Source: Octopus bimaculoides
Lineage: Eukaryota
NCBI RefSeq assembly: GCF_001194135.2
Contig: NC_068981.1
Span: 92,750,497-92,814,496, forward strand
Direction: 5' to 3'
DNA length: 64,000 bases
The notes under the pieces were generated by a model, which searched no databases, was not told where the DNA came from, and was given only the letters and a program-made list of their open reading frames with translations. Below are positions 39,100-52,167 of the stretch, piece after piece; within the stretch, counting starts at the first letter, position 1; each line of letters opens with the position of its first letter. Position numbers and translations under genes: made by a program.

Positions 39100-41974
39100 A
39101 CGAAACTAAAGAAACATCTAACTTGAAAATAGGGATTATCACAAACAGCAAATAAACATCAAAACAAAAGGACCATTTAGAGTGTAGTAAATGCTTACAT
39201 TGTCGTGAAAAGTTAAATGTTAATCAATAAAGCCATTTGCGAAGATGTAGAAGATGGAAGATTTGTGCATGCTAACAAGTGATTACCCGAGGATTTTAAT
39301 AATGTTCCCTACATATCGAAACTGGAAACATTAGTCATGGGTAGAATAGAAACACTACAAGAGAGATTCATTACACATGACATCAGTAAGTAGCAACAAA
39401 TACAAGGAATTAATGCGTTTTCTGAAGCTGTAGAATTCCAAAATATCTTGTAAATAATAACTGAAGACTGATACAATTAATTACAAATGAAGAAAAAAAT
39501 AAAAACACTATTTTTCTGTCTTCAGGGAAGGAAATCAACAAACAAACAAGAAACACATTGAAATTACAAAATGTGAAACGAAAGGAACGCCGAACGAAAC
39601 TGCAAACGAAATAAATGTAATGACAATATATGAAGAAACTGTTAGAACATGAAGGATATAATCAATAATACACTAAAAATTACAGTAACATTACTGGGAA
39701 GTATAGAACCCAAAATGAAGACTCAATGATTCTTCGTTAAGTTACAGGTTTAACAAGGACAACACAGAAATGAAATGCCTCCTAATCGGAAAAGTATCCA
39801 AATGAATCATGTTGTGTGTTTTTAAAGGCTGAGTTACCCCCTATAGTAATATCTGGAAATATAAATTGAATACGAGGACGAATCAAAAAAAAAGAAATAA
39901 TCAATGTTACACTCCAAAATATATTAGCACATGCGCAGCGATTTTTAGTGGAGTGGGATCCAGAAGTAATGTCGCTAACCATTTTGTCCGACGACCTACT
40001 GCTTCTGACAATCCATGTTCCTCTTAATAACAACATCAAATCCACCTGAAATATTTTAAATAAATCTAGGCTACGTAGGGAACAAATTAATTATGTTCAA
40101 TTATAAACCAATCAGAAAGAAAATCAATGAAGGATGTCACTTAGAGAAATTATTGCGATTATTGCACCAAAAGAACTCTGTATGTTCTTTAGAAACGCCG
40201 CTGCACTCCGTTCTCAAATGAGTCTTCGAACAAAAACGCCGATCTCTTAATGCCAGCGAAATAATATGAAATAAAATCGAAATTCAAATTGAATGATGCA
40301 CAAATGTTAAAAAGAAATCTACAGCAAGGCATTGCATGCGTACTGCACGACAACACCGTATTCAAATCACGGAAGTATTATGGAAGGCACATTTATGTTA
40401 TGGATAAAGCAAATTTTATAGAAATCAGTGCAAACATACTAATCAATCTATAGTATTTTATGATAAACAATAGCAAGTTCCTAGGACAATAAAACTGACA
40501 AACTCATAGACAGGATTCATACTGAAAATATTTATATAAACAAAACGATAAGTGAATCATCACAGATCATAAAAACATCGGAACAGAACCAAACATGGAA
40601 ACGACATAAAGCCAAGAAATTCACAGAGCTTAAATGAGACATATATGAGATGTAAAAGGGAAACAATTATAAGTACAAAATACACCCCCCACACAGGGTA
40701 CTACATAAAATTAAAAACAAAGAGAAACATAAATAATAAAATGCAATAAAATGCACTGGGTAGTTTAGGAGAACGTGTAGAAACTCTTGGCGAAATGCGG
40801 AGATACACCAAAATTACAACATAGACCGCAGAGCCACAACAAACAGATTATACGTCAAAATATATCAGAGTGCCTTAAATGAATAATACGGAATGTAGAT
40901 ATGTACACATTGGAAAATTAATAAAAATGATCAATGTAAACACACACGCTTGGATTAAGCAAGTGACTTAACAAATGAATAATTTTAGTACGGTCCTGCA
41001 AGAAAATATACTGATGATAATATAGTGCCAGAATATCAATAGAACGGTCGATCCGTTCCATTCAGCGGCATTGATAGTTGTGAGTGTAACTATAGTTCTG
41101 TTTGCAATGAAGTTAAATCTTGAACAAATGTCCATTGCAAGTCAATGAGAAAGCGCGTCACTTTAGGTTAAAATAAAAGTAAGAAAATTTTTAGCTTAAT
41201 GAATGCGAATGTGAAATAGGAAATGGCAACTAAAATAAGTATGCACGACAAACCGAAAGCTACTCATAGCAGGAAATGCTGGAAAATAAGACACATCTGA
41301 GAAAGTAAAGTATCTGACCGAAATACGAAGAGTTTCTGCTAACGCATAAACAAAATATAATGCTATAACATTTAACATCACAGATGGAGATTCATAAAAA
41401 TACGCAACCTATCAGTAAGAGAAAGATCTTTAATATAATAGCACAAGCATGAGGCATGATATTCGGTAAGGAACTCATTAACACAGTGAAATGAACAAAC
41501 GAATTGATAGGATCTGGAATTAACGTGTTCCATAATTAATGACTGAAGCAGATGATTAATTCCGATAGATATATAGCATTAACTCCTAATGAAAGATTGT
41601 GCAGACCAAAATCAACAAATTATTGGATACTCGACACATTCTACACAAAGATGGAAGCCCAATTCATCAACTACAACGTACCAGATTTGTAACTAAAAAT
41701 ATCACTAAAAGGCAATGTAAAGACAATTGAAAGCCAGCTCCAAAGACGTAAGAGGAGAGAATAGATTCAATATAAATTGAGCGTTAAGTGACTTGAAAAG
41801 ATTAAACAAAAAGTGACACATCCCCTGAGAGCCTTCTGCCTTCATATTCCCGAGGCTGATAGACACGTACATACATATGGAGGTACACACGCATGGAAAG
41901 ACACGCGCTTGCAATTCACGCTCGCGCACATGCACACATATACAGGTACACACGCATAGAAACACACGTGATTC

Positions 41975-42010
<36 letters not shown>

Positions 42011-42560
42011 TATATATATACATAGCATATGCTTAAGTATAGTGCTCCCTGATATCTAATAAAAATATACAATTAGAATAAGATAATAAGTATGGAAGCA
42101 TGAAAACATTTAGAAGTTACCAAGAGAAGTGTGTCTGTAAAGTTAATAAAGAAATATGAAGAAGCACACTAACTCTTTACTCTGTATACGAAAGCAAAAA
42201 GTGCAAAGTAGAAAGTAAATGAGGTAAAAATGTTACATCGTAAGAAAACAAAAGAAGAGGTTTTAATCAGATCACTCAAAACAAAATCTTATAAGAAGAA
42301 TAAATACATAACCGTCGTACGCTGACGAAGGGTAAATACCCAAAAACTCGAATCCGTGCGTATCACATTAGATCGAGGATGGGAAGGATGACTTCCCTTT
42401 GCAAATACCGACAGGGCACAGATGTGTGTCAATAGCCAGCTGGAGGAGATGTTCTCCCGGGACTAAAAGCAACAGTAACATTCACCCTTAGGGTTTTAGC
42501 CGCATTTAAGTGGCAAATATACTTCACGTTGTCGTGGAGTTACTGTTTATACCTCGCTCA
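39100..42560 (+). mobile_element. Heavily decayed Penelope-like element ending in a pLTR with a hammerhead remnant
   Basis: Motif traces in the expected order: GIAMRT (for G.AMGT, about 40325), SKFL (about 40475), HPPH..CT.V..ERVE (40680-40800), KMEAQFI..P (about 41650), then a hammerhead-like core at 42322. The boundaries are approximate. Confidence 0.4.
42317..42359 (+). ncRNA. Degenerate minimal hammerhead ribozyme
   Basis: GUACG-CUGACGA-A-GGGUA aa UACCC-AAAAAC-UCGA-AUC-CGUGC. Stems I and II are intact, but GAAAC has become AAAAC and the palindromic ACUCGAGU/GUC has become ACUCGAAU/AUC. Confidence 0.7.
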
Positions 42561-43439
42561 GAGATTTAACATTGCTTAAAAATACATAACCAATATCTCA
42601 AGAGACTTGGAAGAGAGGAAGTAATTAAGAGTGAGTGTCAGCAATTTCAAAAAACTCTGGGCTAGAAGCAGAAGCAGAATACGTTATACTAATTGCCACT
42701 GATTACTGCTTATCCACGAGAAACTAGAGAAGGAAACTCGTGTAAGTAACCTCGATTCTTGCTAAGTCTTTGCGTAGCTTCAGATACAATCGATTTGACA
42801 TTTAACTCTACATGGTCATTAAATAAGATTTTAATTTCACAAGAAGAAGAATTGGTATAAATGTATGTCAATATTGTATAAACATATACTAAATGGTAGA
42901 AACTGACATCAATATGATAATGTCCGAACGCTATCTCCTTTAACATGTCTGTCTAAAGTAATGCATAGGTTAACGCGAATAGTGAATCAAAGATTGCCAC
43001 GAAAACATGTGTATAGTAAAGAAAATTACTAGTGGAATATACAATCTATATATTTTAACAAACCATGACTCAAAAAGTGTTTCAGAGACTCTAAAATATG
43101 ATGTGAACATTGGGATAGTTTGATACTACTTCGAAAATTAAGCAAAATGAACATTACTATTATTAAACTCAATAACAATTATCATAAAATAAATATGAGC
43201 AAAGACATAAAAAATAAACCAGGACTCATAAAATCACGCATAGTTAACAAAGGTAGCTCTTACTCTAATACGTATATCACACCTCCTACACAAGTTTGAT
43301 CCAAAACAATAGCGTATGTCGAGCGACTCCCTATTGTGTTCATAATATATAGCAATGGTAATGATGCAATTCAAAAGAAATACATACCACATGATCAAGA
43401 AATAATTGTATTTCACAGGGCATACGATTACATAGCTGA

Positions 43440-43549
43440 TAACTTACGCTCATACTCTACAGAATCCATGATAACTGGTAACTTACGCTCATACTCTACA
43501 GAATCCATGATAACTGGTAACTTACGCTCATATTCTACAGAATCTATGC
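43440..43549 (+). repeat. 39-bp tandem repeat, about 2.8 copies
   Basis: Unit taacttacgctcatactctacagaatccatgataactgg. Confidence 0.92.
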
Positions 43550-45111
43550 GCCACATATTCTAAGTATTCACAGTATAATACTAAAGCACAAATTACACCA
43601 ATCACGCCTTTTACGAATAACATAATCAACAACAAAATCCAACTACCCCATCTGTATACAAGAGACGTGGCACTATATATAAACATGCCGCACAAACTCA
43701 TATTAAGCTGTTCAACACGACGACAATATTACATAGTAATAATATGAATGATGTGGAGAGGAGGATGTTTAATAAAATACGAAAAGAACAACAGCAAAAT
43801 TTTCTCCGGATAGAGGCCTAAAGCCAGTAATTTTAAATGTATTATTTAGTCGATGCCATCGACCCCAGTGCTTTTCTGGTACTTCATTTCATGGATCTTT
43901 CAGTTATGAAAACCAAATTTTCCCCAAGACCAATATTAACACTAATCATTTTATACTATCCTTTTAATATTAATGTTAAAAGCTGGACTCTTTGTGTGAT
44001 ATAACACGTATAAAGAGAATAAAAGTCACGGTTATAGCTTCAATATTATAATATAGTGGAAGTTAAGTGAACTGCAGTTCTTAAGTATAAATAGTAGGAT
44101 TAAAAAATATTCAATAGCATAATCAGAAAACGAAGCTAAAAATTTTTCTTGATATATATATATATATATATTTAAGAGAAGAATGAAGTTCAGTTTGGAA
44201 ACGTACCATATGAAGACGACTATTTGAAATAAAATCAGACAATATAAAAGTTTCAAACAGAAGGAAAGCACGAAACCAAAACGGAATACCAAATAATGCT
44301 AATGAAAATATGAAGAGCAAAACAGTCAATGGCCAAGACACACCATAATTCAGCAATGTACTTGGCACAAAGATTGAATGCCAACAAACAAGACAGTTTC
44401 ATTTCGATCGTGCCAATTAAACAGTGCGCTCGTTACTCATAACTCACTGCTTATGCATGAAAAACCGGATAAAATAACACAGATTACACCATACATACGC
44501 TAAGGAATCATCACCAAGCAATATATTAGACCGTACTCTGTACAATAAAAACGCTGTAAAATAGCAGAGTGCATAATCTTGCGCCATCGATATCCAACTC
44601 TATAACACAAAACATCATTCATGCAAAATTTACGTAACTCAAACACCACCCAAATACATTAACAAATCTCATATTTCACCTCCTCAGCAAAAAAAAAGAA
44701 GCCTAAACACTAAAATAGTAGCAGAAATAACAAAACAAATACCAAAACATATACACCTGGTATATTTTAACAGCCACTTTCTTGCCTTCAAGAGAATGTT
44801 ACACTCATTCACTGGGTGCACAAGCAAATGATATATTTTTTTTTTCAATCTCGTCTACTGCTGTCGGTATCTTCGTTATTGAAGTTTTTTTAATTTCATT
44901 GTTTCACTTGATGTGTTTGGTAGTTTCTGCTGTTGTTGTTGCTAATGAAGATGGCTATGAAAATGTTCTTATTATCATATTTTTCGTGTGATGTCAATTC
45001 TTTTTGTGCTGTGACTGCAACAGTAATAGTTGTTACCATAACACTGATTTTTTTCTTTCTTTTTAATGCTATTGCTGAGCTGTTGTTACAATCTCTTTCT
45101 CTTTCTCTTTA

Positions 45112-45144
<33 letters not shown>

Positions 45145-45511
45145 AACTGTAACTCTCGTACACCCACTCGCGCTCGCACACAAACATCCTCTTGCCCTTT
45201 GATTCACCTTTTATATCTCATTTCCTTCCGACACGAAGAGCATGAAGCCATAATTGGATTCCATGTTGGCTTCTTTGCATTTTTGGTTGTGCAAATTACA
45301 GATATTTCAAGAACAAACAAAAAACTCCTTTCCAAAAACGATTCTAGCCGAAAGGGGTTAGTAACATCGAAAGAAAAAATAACACACCACTCTATTGTAG
45401 TTCAGCTCCTCAGAAACATTTTCATTAAAGAACAATGCTGCAAATACTTGTTAGAGTGAAAGAAAACGTCACCTCATTGCTGAAACCGCCGAATGCTCTA
45501 AATTTGTGGCG

Positions 45512-45581
<70 letters not shown>

Positions 45582-45590
45582 TGATGATGT
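45512..45590 (+). repeat. (TAA)n microsatellite
   Basis: Direct reading. Confidence 0.97.
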
Positions 45591-45705
45591 TTATTTGTTT
45601 ATTTTTATATTTTTTTACTTATTTTTAGTGTTGCTTAATATGTTTTGATAACATTGCTGTTTCTTTTCGGATATCATCAGAAAAAAGTAATTAAAATTCA
45701 TTATA

Positions 45706-46793
45706 ATGACAGATCTATCGGACTTTCAAAGAGGTCAAATTCTTGGTGCTCGTATGACAAGTGCTAGCGTAACGAAAACAACCGAAATGTTTGGTCTACC
45801 ACGAAGTACTGTCTCGAAGGTAATGACAGCTTTTGAGAAAGAGGGGAAAAAACTCGTCGTCCAAGAGAAACTCTGGAAGAAATCCAAAACTTTCAGATAT
45901 GGACCGTCGGACTTTTACGCGGATTGTTAGAAAGGATCACAAAAATACATTTCCAAAATTACTGCACACCTTAATATCCACTTCGAGAACCCGATTTCTA
46001 CAAAACCTGTTCGCCGTTTACTCCACAAAGTCGGATTTCACGAGAGGGTTGCAAACAGAAAACCACTACTTTCAAAAACAAACGTTGCAAAGCGTTTAAA
46101 TTGGAGTAAAAACCTACAGAATTGGTCCGTAGAGCAGTGGAAGAATGTTATTTTCTCGGACGAGTCATTCTTTACTTTATTTCCGATCACCGGCCGAGTA
46201 AACGTGTAGAGACAGCCAAAAGAAGCATTTGACCCACACTGCCTTCTTCTAGCACTAAAAAAATGAGGAGGATCTGTGATGATCTGTGTGGGGTCATATC
46301 TTAGAATTCCGCCGGCTCAATGGTTTCCCTTCATTGCAGAATTAATAGTCAAGACTATTTGAGCATTTTATCTGATCAAATTCATCCTATAGTTGAGGAA
46401 CTGTCTCCGGGTAGAAACGCAATATTCCCGGAAGATAATGCATCAATTCACACAACTAAAGTAGTTACTGAATGGCACGAGGAACATTCTAGTGAAGTTG
46501 AGAATCTTATCTGGCCACCACAGTCCCCGGATATCAATATTATTGAACATTTATGGTGCATTTTAGAAAAACATGTAAGGAGTCGATATCCTCCACCATC
46601 ATCACTACAAGAACTGGAGACTGTCTTAGCTCACGAATGGACAACAATTCCTTTGGAAACAATTCAAAACTTTGTGCGAGTCCATACCTCGTAGAATTCA
46701 AGCTGTAATTACTGCCAAAGACAGTCCTACCCCATATTAAAATAAATTTGTTTGAAATTTTATTTAAGTGTTTCCATTATTTTGTCCAACCCT

Positions 46794-46795
<2 letters not shown>
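45706..46795 (+). mobile_element. Tc1-like transposon, near-full-length transposase pseudogene; right TIR present, left TIR missing
   Basis: MTDLSDFQRGQILGARM (paired-like HTH), RNSGRNPKLS, WKNVIFSDES, IFPEDNASIH, WPPQSPDINIIEHLW. It ends ..ccattattttgtccaacccttg-TA into (TA)n. Frameshifts and stops are present. Confidence 0.93.
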
Positions 46796-46840
<45 letters not shown>

Positions 46841-46952
46841 ACGTTGATCCTCACCAGTTGTCATATAGTAAAGAAATACTTGCGAGTGGTGTCAGTAAAT
46901 ATAATGAGAGAAATAGATGACCGAAAGAGTTCATTTTCGTGCTTATAATGTG

Positions 46953-47063
46953 TTATATCTGATCAGATCCACATTCCCACAATGGAGCGAGTTCCTTGTT
47001 GTGGACGTTGTACCAATTGTTATAAGGAGTTAGCCTGTAGTTTTGGTTGCCCAGTTCCGGCAA
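46953..47063 (-). CDS. Candidate exon (possibly terminal) of an unidentified host gene
   Basis: Acceptor ttttgttgacag, then phase 0 LPELGNQNYRLTPYNNWYNVHNKELAPLWECGSDQI*. GC is higher than the flanks, and it is in frame with the 47280-47352 candidate across a 216-bp GT-AG intron. Confidence 0.4.
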   Translation of the reverse strand: MPELGNQNYRLTPYNNWYNVHNKELAPLWECGSDQI

Positions 47064-47279
47064 CTGTCAACAAAAACGATTTGATGTCTTTCTGCTGGCA
47101 AAATCAACAAAATCAAAAAGAAAGACTTATGAACAACAAATCTCAGAAAACGTTATTGTTCTCAAACGAAAATGAGAAGGAGATTCAATAGGAAATATGC
47201 CCATTGTACTCAGAGCATATACAATCTCCGATATTCACGGCAGTAATGTCACATCTCTGGTTATAGCAAAGGATGTCAC

Positions 47280-47352
47280 CTTATATTCCAGCCACAGACC
47301 AGTAAGTCGAGACATCGTTTCCCTAGAATAACTAGCATCAGTATCCCATCTT
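47280..47352 (-). CDS. Candidate internal exon (73 nt, phase 2 to 0)
   Basis: cgtcttcag | A AGA TGG.. RWDTDASYSRETMSRLTGLWLEYK | GTGACA. Confidence 0.42.
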
Positions 47353-47479
47353 CTGAAGACGTTTAGGCAATACTTATTGAATAAGATTTTCAAAGTGCCC
47401 AGAGAAGAAACGAATAAAACAAATCGACGACACACTCAAAAGATATTCAAATGTTAGCTGAATAAATACAAGAAAGTAT

Positions 47480-47680
47480 AATGAAGTTGCCTCTCCCGAG
47501 AACTAAGGCATATTTTGAAGAAGCGAACAAAGTAAAAAAAATGACACTGGAGATTGGAAAGGCTGGTTTAACGCTTGAAAAGAGAATATAACATGCCAAC
47601 AAGAAAAGATAAGAAGTTCGTAGTGATGGGATAGAACTTTAGCACTCCGACACTATCTCAAAAAAACAAGACCAACACTA
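47480..47680 (+). mobile_element. Possible old R4/Dong-like 3' remnant
   Basis: EVASP..LEIGKAW resembles IEVAIP..EI.R.W. Weak. Confidence 0.3.
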
Positions 47681-48138
47681 CCAACACCATCGTCACCATC
47701 ACAATCCCCACCATCACTATCAACCACAACCATCACAAACATATACGAATTCCATTTTGCATCCAAAACAAGAACAGCAGCAAAGAAATATTACTAACGT
47801 TACTGCCATAAACACAAGTAAAACATTTAATGAAACATGTACATTAATACACAGACATAAATCAAGGTGATTTCATCACACCAACAGATGGCACAGCGAA
47901 GAAACTAGAAAGAAACATTATCCTAAACAACACATAAATATACAATATGATAAAAAAATAAATATCCCGATAGAACATTAGACATCAGAAACAACGTCAT
48001 CATAAGTTTTATATACAACTGTTTATGGAAACAACCAGAGATATCCATAGGTTGTCCATATTTTAATATTGCCGTCTACATAAATCACAAGAAACTTAGA
48101 AGAATCGCAAAGAAAAGGCTTCGTAACCGCCGTGCTTG

Positions 48139-48230
48139 CGGCGAGTCGACCAATTCTTTAACGTGAGTTGACCAATTCTTTAACGCAAGTTGACCAAGTC
48201 TTTAAAGCGAGTTGACCATTTCTTTAACGT
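48139..48230 (+). repeat. 22-bp minisatellite, about 4 copies
   Basis: Unit acgcgagttgaccaattcttta with 1-3 substitutions per copy. Confidence 0.92.
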
Positions 48231-49849
48231 AAATCACGAATTTTGCGTTGTCACAGTAAAGTCACATGCTCACAGATACGATAGACCGAAAGCCGCCATA
48301 TGAATTCGAGTGGCAGAGGCACTGTATTGAAAACAAATTCTTTCAAATAATCTCACATTCTGTCTTCTACCTTTCTAGATGTTTTTGTGACCTTAAGTGG
48401 TTAAGGAACGAAACATTATTATCATTATTATTATTATTATCAATATTCTTATTAGTAGTAGTAGTACTAGTAGTAGATGTAGTAGTAGGTGTTGTTGTTG
48501 TAGCATCAGCAGCAGCAGTAGGAGGAGGAGGAGGGAAGAGGGGCAGTTAGTGTTAGTTGTGGTTGTATTTTTATATCTCAAGGTGAGTTTAATTGAATAG
48601 CTAGATTCAAACATTATCATCAGAGACGCTTAACGAGAATGTTGAGGAAGCTTAACATGATTAAAAAAAGAATTAATGAAAGCAAAAACATTGAAATAAA
48701 ACAAGCCAGTTGAAAACTAGTCCTCTGAGTTATTTCATATAAATAATATAATACAAAGAACTAATGTAATACAAAAAAATGGTTCATTTTCTACGTACCA
48801 TGCTAGACTACTTTGTTCAGGTGTAAACAAAATAACAAAAGACCGTATGTCAGTCTATGTTTAGACATATTAATCATCGTCACACACTACACACCACATA
48901 AAGGAAAAAAGAGGAATTGAAATGGTTTTATTCAAGTGAAAATTAGCCGAGCAAAATTTATTTTGAATGTTATGAACGAAAATAACGAAAAATGTACTTA
49001 GAAAAACTTGGCACCGCAAAAAGATAATACACCATATTTTGAAGAAAGTTTCCATTTATCAAATACAGGATCAGACTTTAACTCATAAACTGAAGAGCAT
49101 ACACGTTATTAGAAGATTGTATTCATGTTCACCATATTTATTTTACAGTCACATTCTACCTAAAATTTCTAAGCCCGACGGAAAATATTGAATATAAAGA
49201 TAACGTTAGTAAGAGAATAGCAAACCTATAGAGATATACACTTAATTATAACACAATACCAGATATCAAATTATAATGCAGAAACCAACACTAAACCAAT
49301 GTAACAATGAACGCACTAGATCTAGTGCGTGCAGTAGAGTCAAAATAGATAAACAAAGCAAAACTCTGGTGACCCTACAAAATACTGACTAATAACATCC
49401 GAAGCATCATAACAGCGGCAGAAATGCGAATAAAAGAGAAGCTGAGGCAGATAAAATTATAGAAATTCTAAATCATTCATCCGAATATATATGGTGATAG
49501 AAATAATTTCAAGCAATAGTCTCTAGAGAGCAAGATACAAGTAACTTCAACTGTGAGAACTCACTAATAAGTTAGCAATAAATGCAATGTGCGGGCCTCG
49601 CCATATCAGACTTAATGAAGATAAACGTGAACATAAATGGAACCATGTTAAACGGAATAATAAGTGCAGTAGCCACAAATGTTACACAGGAAAACGGGTA
49701 CCCTTTCAGAATACCAAAAGTTTGAAATACCGAAATACAAACAAGATATGGAAAGAGAAGTAAAAGATCAAAAATAAATAAAAACCTCTCCCTATCAATG
49801 AGGAATATCGACTGAAGACAACGATGTAAGTACTACAGAAATATGCCAT

Positions 49850-51150
49850 AAAAAAGGAATAGTCTAAGTCAAAAAACAATCCATTGAAGCAAGAGTTGAG
49901 CAAAACAAGCAGCTCGACATCAATCTAAAACGAATTTATCAAAGAATAGTAAGAAATAAAATAGTAATTGCAGCACCGACATGCAGTATACTTCAAACTA
50001 GTATGTGCAGCGAATGTAAGCCGAGCCCATGTAGAATGCACAAACAAAATCATATATATATATATATATATATANNNNNNNNNNNNNNNNNNNNNNNNNN
50101 NNNNNNNNNNNNNNNNNNNNNNNNNNNNNNNNNNNNNNNNTATATATGTATATATATATATATGATATGCTAACCACGAACAGAGAATGACAAACTCTCC
50201 GTTGTAAGACTATATAATGTGTAAAAAGAGAAATAGAAAACCCGTAGGAACTGTTAAAATGCAAACGTAATCCAATTTTCAAGAGAACTAACGCATGCAA
50301 GGCTGTTTCAGAAGTGCAAAAAAGCGAGAAATTATAATAATGATACAGGCAAAATACAAACGATATATGAAAGTGAATTTTAGGAAGAGATTAATACTTA
50401 AATGTGTTAAATGCAAAATATCTAGCTATCACGCTAGTGATTTATAATTATAACATTCTCAGCCTAACGTTACACAAGTGAAATAAGAATTACAATGCCT
50501 CGATTCAAAGCCACACCTCAAAATGTAATGTAAAAAGATTATATTTATCCACTACTCAGAGACGTAGGGTCTTACTCAATAAGAAACTTATAAAATCCCA
50601 GCAATTTTTAGCAAACAAACAATGGGAACACAAAAATATCTACAAAGAAACAGACATACAAAAAAACAAGCATAAAAATGATTTAGTAGTATCAAAATTA
50701 ACAGACATTTGTGAGTGAAGGGAGAAAATAAAACTTGTGAAGAGAATCATTAATGAATTAAGTATTAAGATAAGTATTAGGTTATTTCATGCTAAAGTAA
50801 AATAGGCTTTTGCTGACACATACATGGAAAACACTTAGACGAATGCAGATACGGGAAAATTCGCACCATGGCTGAGAGGCACAAATCTCAATACTGACAC
50901 AGAAGGATTACTTAGGCATAAATTCAAAGCCTTCCTACACAAAATCCCCAAATGTATGTAACGGAGTAAAATATATTATCCCCAACATTTGTACCATTGT
51001 AATAATTCACAACCAAAGTGGAAAAAACAAGCACGTGCATGAGAGATTTAATACCTTCATACATATACTGAAATATAATCCAGCATTGTCAAATACTCAA
51101 AGAAATGAAGATATATATTCATTAGGTGACAGAGCATGGTAAATATACAA
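49850..51150 (+). mobile_element. Old R4/Dong-like remnant
   Basis: EQNKQLDINLKRIYQRI (about 49900), SKCNVKRLYLSTTQRRRVLL (about 50520), PWLRGTNLNTDTEGLL (about 50870). Confidence 0.55.
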
Positions 51151-51589
51151 TACCCTGATATATAACAATTTAAAAAAATATTACTGATAACCTGCATATA
51201 AGTATCATAGTCTAACAATATATAAAGTGACACCTAGTGGAGCACATTTCACAAGAAGTAAAACCTTTCCGAAATAAAGACCTAGTTATATAGAGAAATG
51301 TGGAATGAGAATACTAACGATACGTATAATATTAGGTGATTCGAAAATGATAACAATGCAGACAAATAATACAGAAACAGGATTGCTACAGTTGCATAAT
51401 GAAACAGCATGTACACAGTAGCAACCTAGATCACAGACGAAAAATTAAGGATTTTGGTACAAAAATCTATTCTGAATCAAATAACAAAATATCAGCATAT
51501 ATCGTGAAATTTGCAATGCACAATCAGTGATACAATGTAGGTACGCAATCCAAGTAATACAATTGAGCTCGTATAGTAAGAAGTTTGAT

Positions 51590-51800
51590 CTCCAACTACA
51601 TAGTTCTGCGTCCAGACCCACTGCGTGCCACCTTGGGTAATTGCCTTTTAAGCCGTCAGAGTGAATTTCTTAGTCGAAGACTGAAAAGAGTCAGTCATAT
51701 GAGTGTATGTGTGCCTATTTGTGTGTGTATTTTTGTTCGTATGTATGTCTTTATGTCTGCGTTTATCTCCTACCACTGTTTGATAGCTGGTGTTGGTGAG
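51590..51800 (+). mobile_element. SINE fragment (20557 family)
   Basis: acatagttc..cccactgcgtgccaccttggg..gactgaaaaga..tgtgtg..gctggtg. Confidence 0.7.
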
Positions 51801-52167
51801 AATAAGTGCAATACTTTTAAAAATCCCAAAGAGGATGCGTTCGGCGAAAATACTTCAACGCTGTGCTCTAGCATGTTCGCCGTATAATGAGCCAAAATAA
51901 ATATGTAAGAACAATTTTCTTTTATATTTATGATAGGATCTCTGTTACTTTGGTGTTCATAACGTTTTATCAATTTGCTTTTTAGTTATTTTAGAAATAT
52001 GCCAGGATCAAAATTTAGAGGAAAATACACTGTGCTAAATATACTGCAATATAATGGCAATCGTGTTGAGCTCTTCCGGTGATAATGGATATGCAAGCAT
52101 ACTATGCTCATAGGATATGATATAGGCAATAACAAAATAAGTAAGAGTTTATCAGGAATGAAATCTG

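Noticed and set aside
42732-42788. Possible 57-nt minus exon ELNVKSIVSEATQRLSKNRG
   Set aside because: The donor (GTTACT) is weak, and it cannot be joined in frame to neighbouring candidates without creating a stop.
44757-44811. LEGKKVAVKIYQ, a kinase subdomain II-like peptide on the minus strand
   Set aside because: There is an in-frame TAA three codons upstream and no other kinase motifs. The alternative frame (NECNILLKARKWLLKYT) is unsupported.
45655-45685. CUGAUGA..GAAAC on the minus strand before the Tc1
   Set aside because: No pairing stems.
48139-48230. CRISPR-like appearance of the 22-bp repeats (also the 39-bp repeats at 43440)
   Set aside because: The units are directly adjacent with no spacers, there are no cas genes, and the context is eukaryotic.
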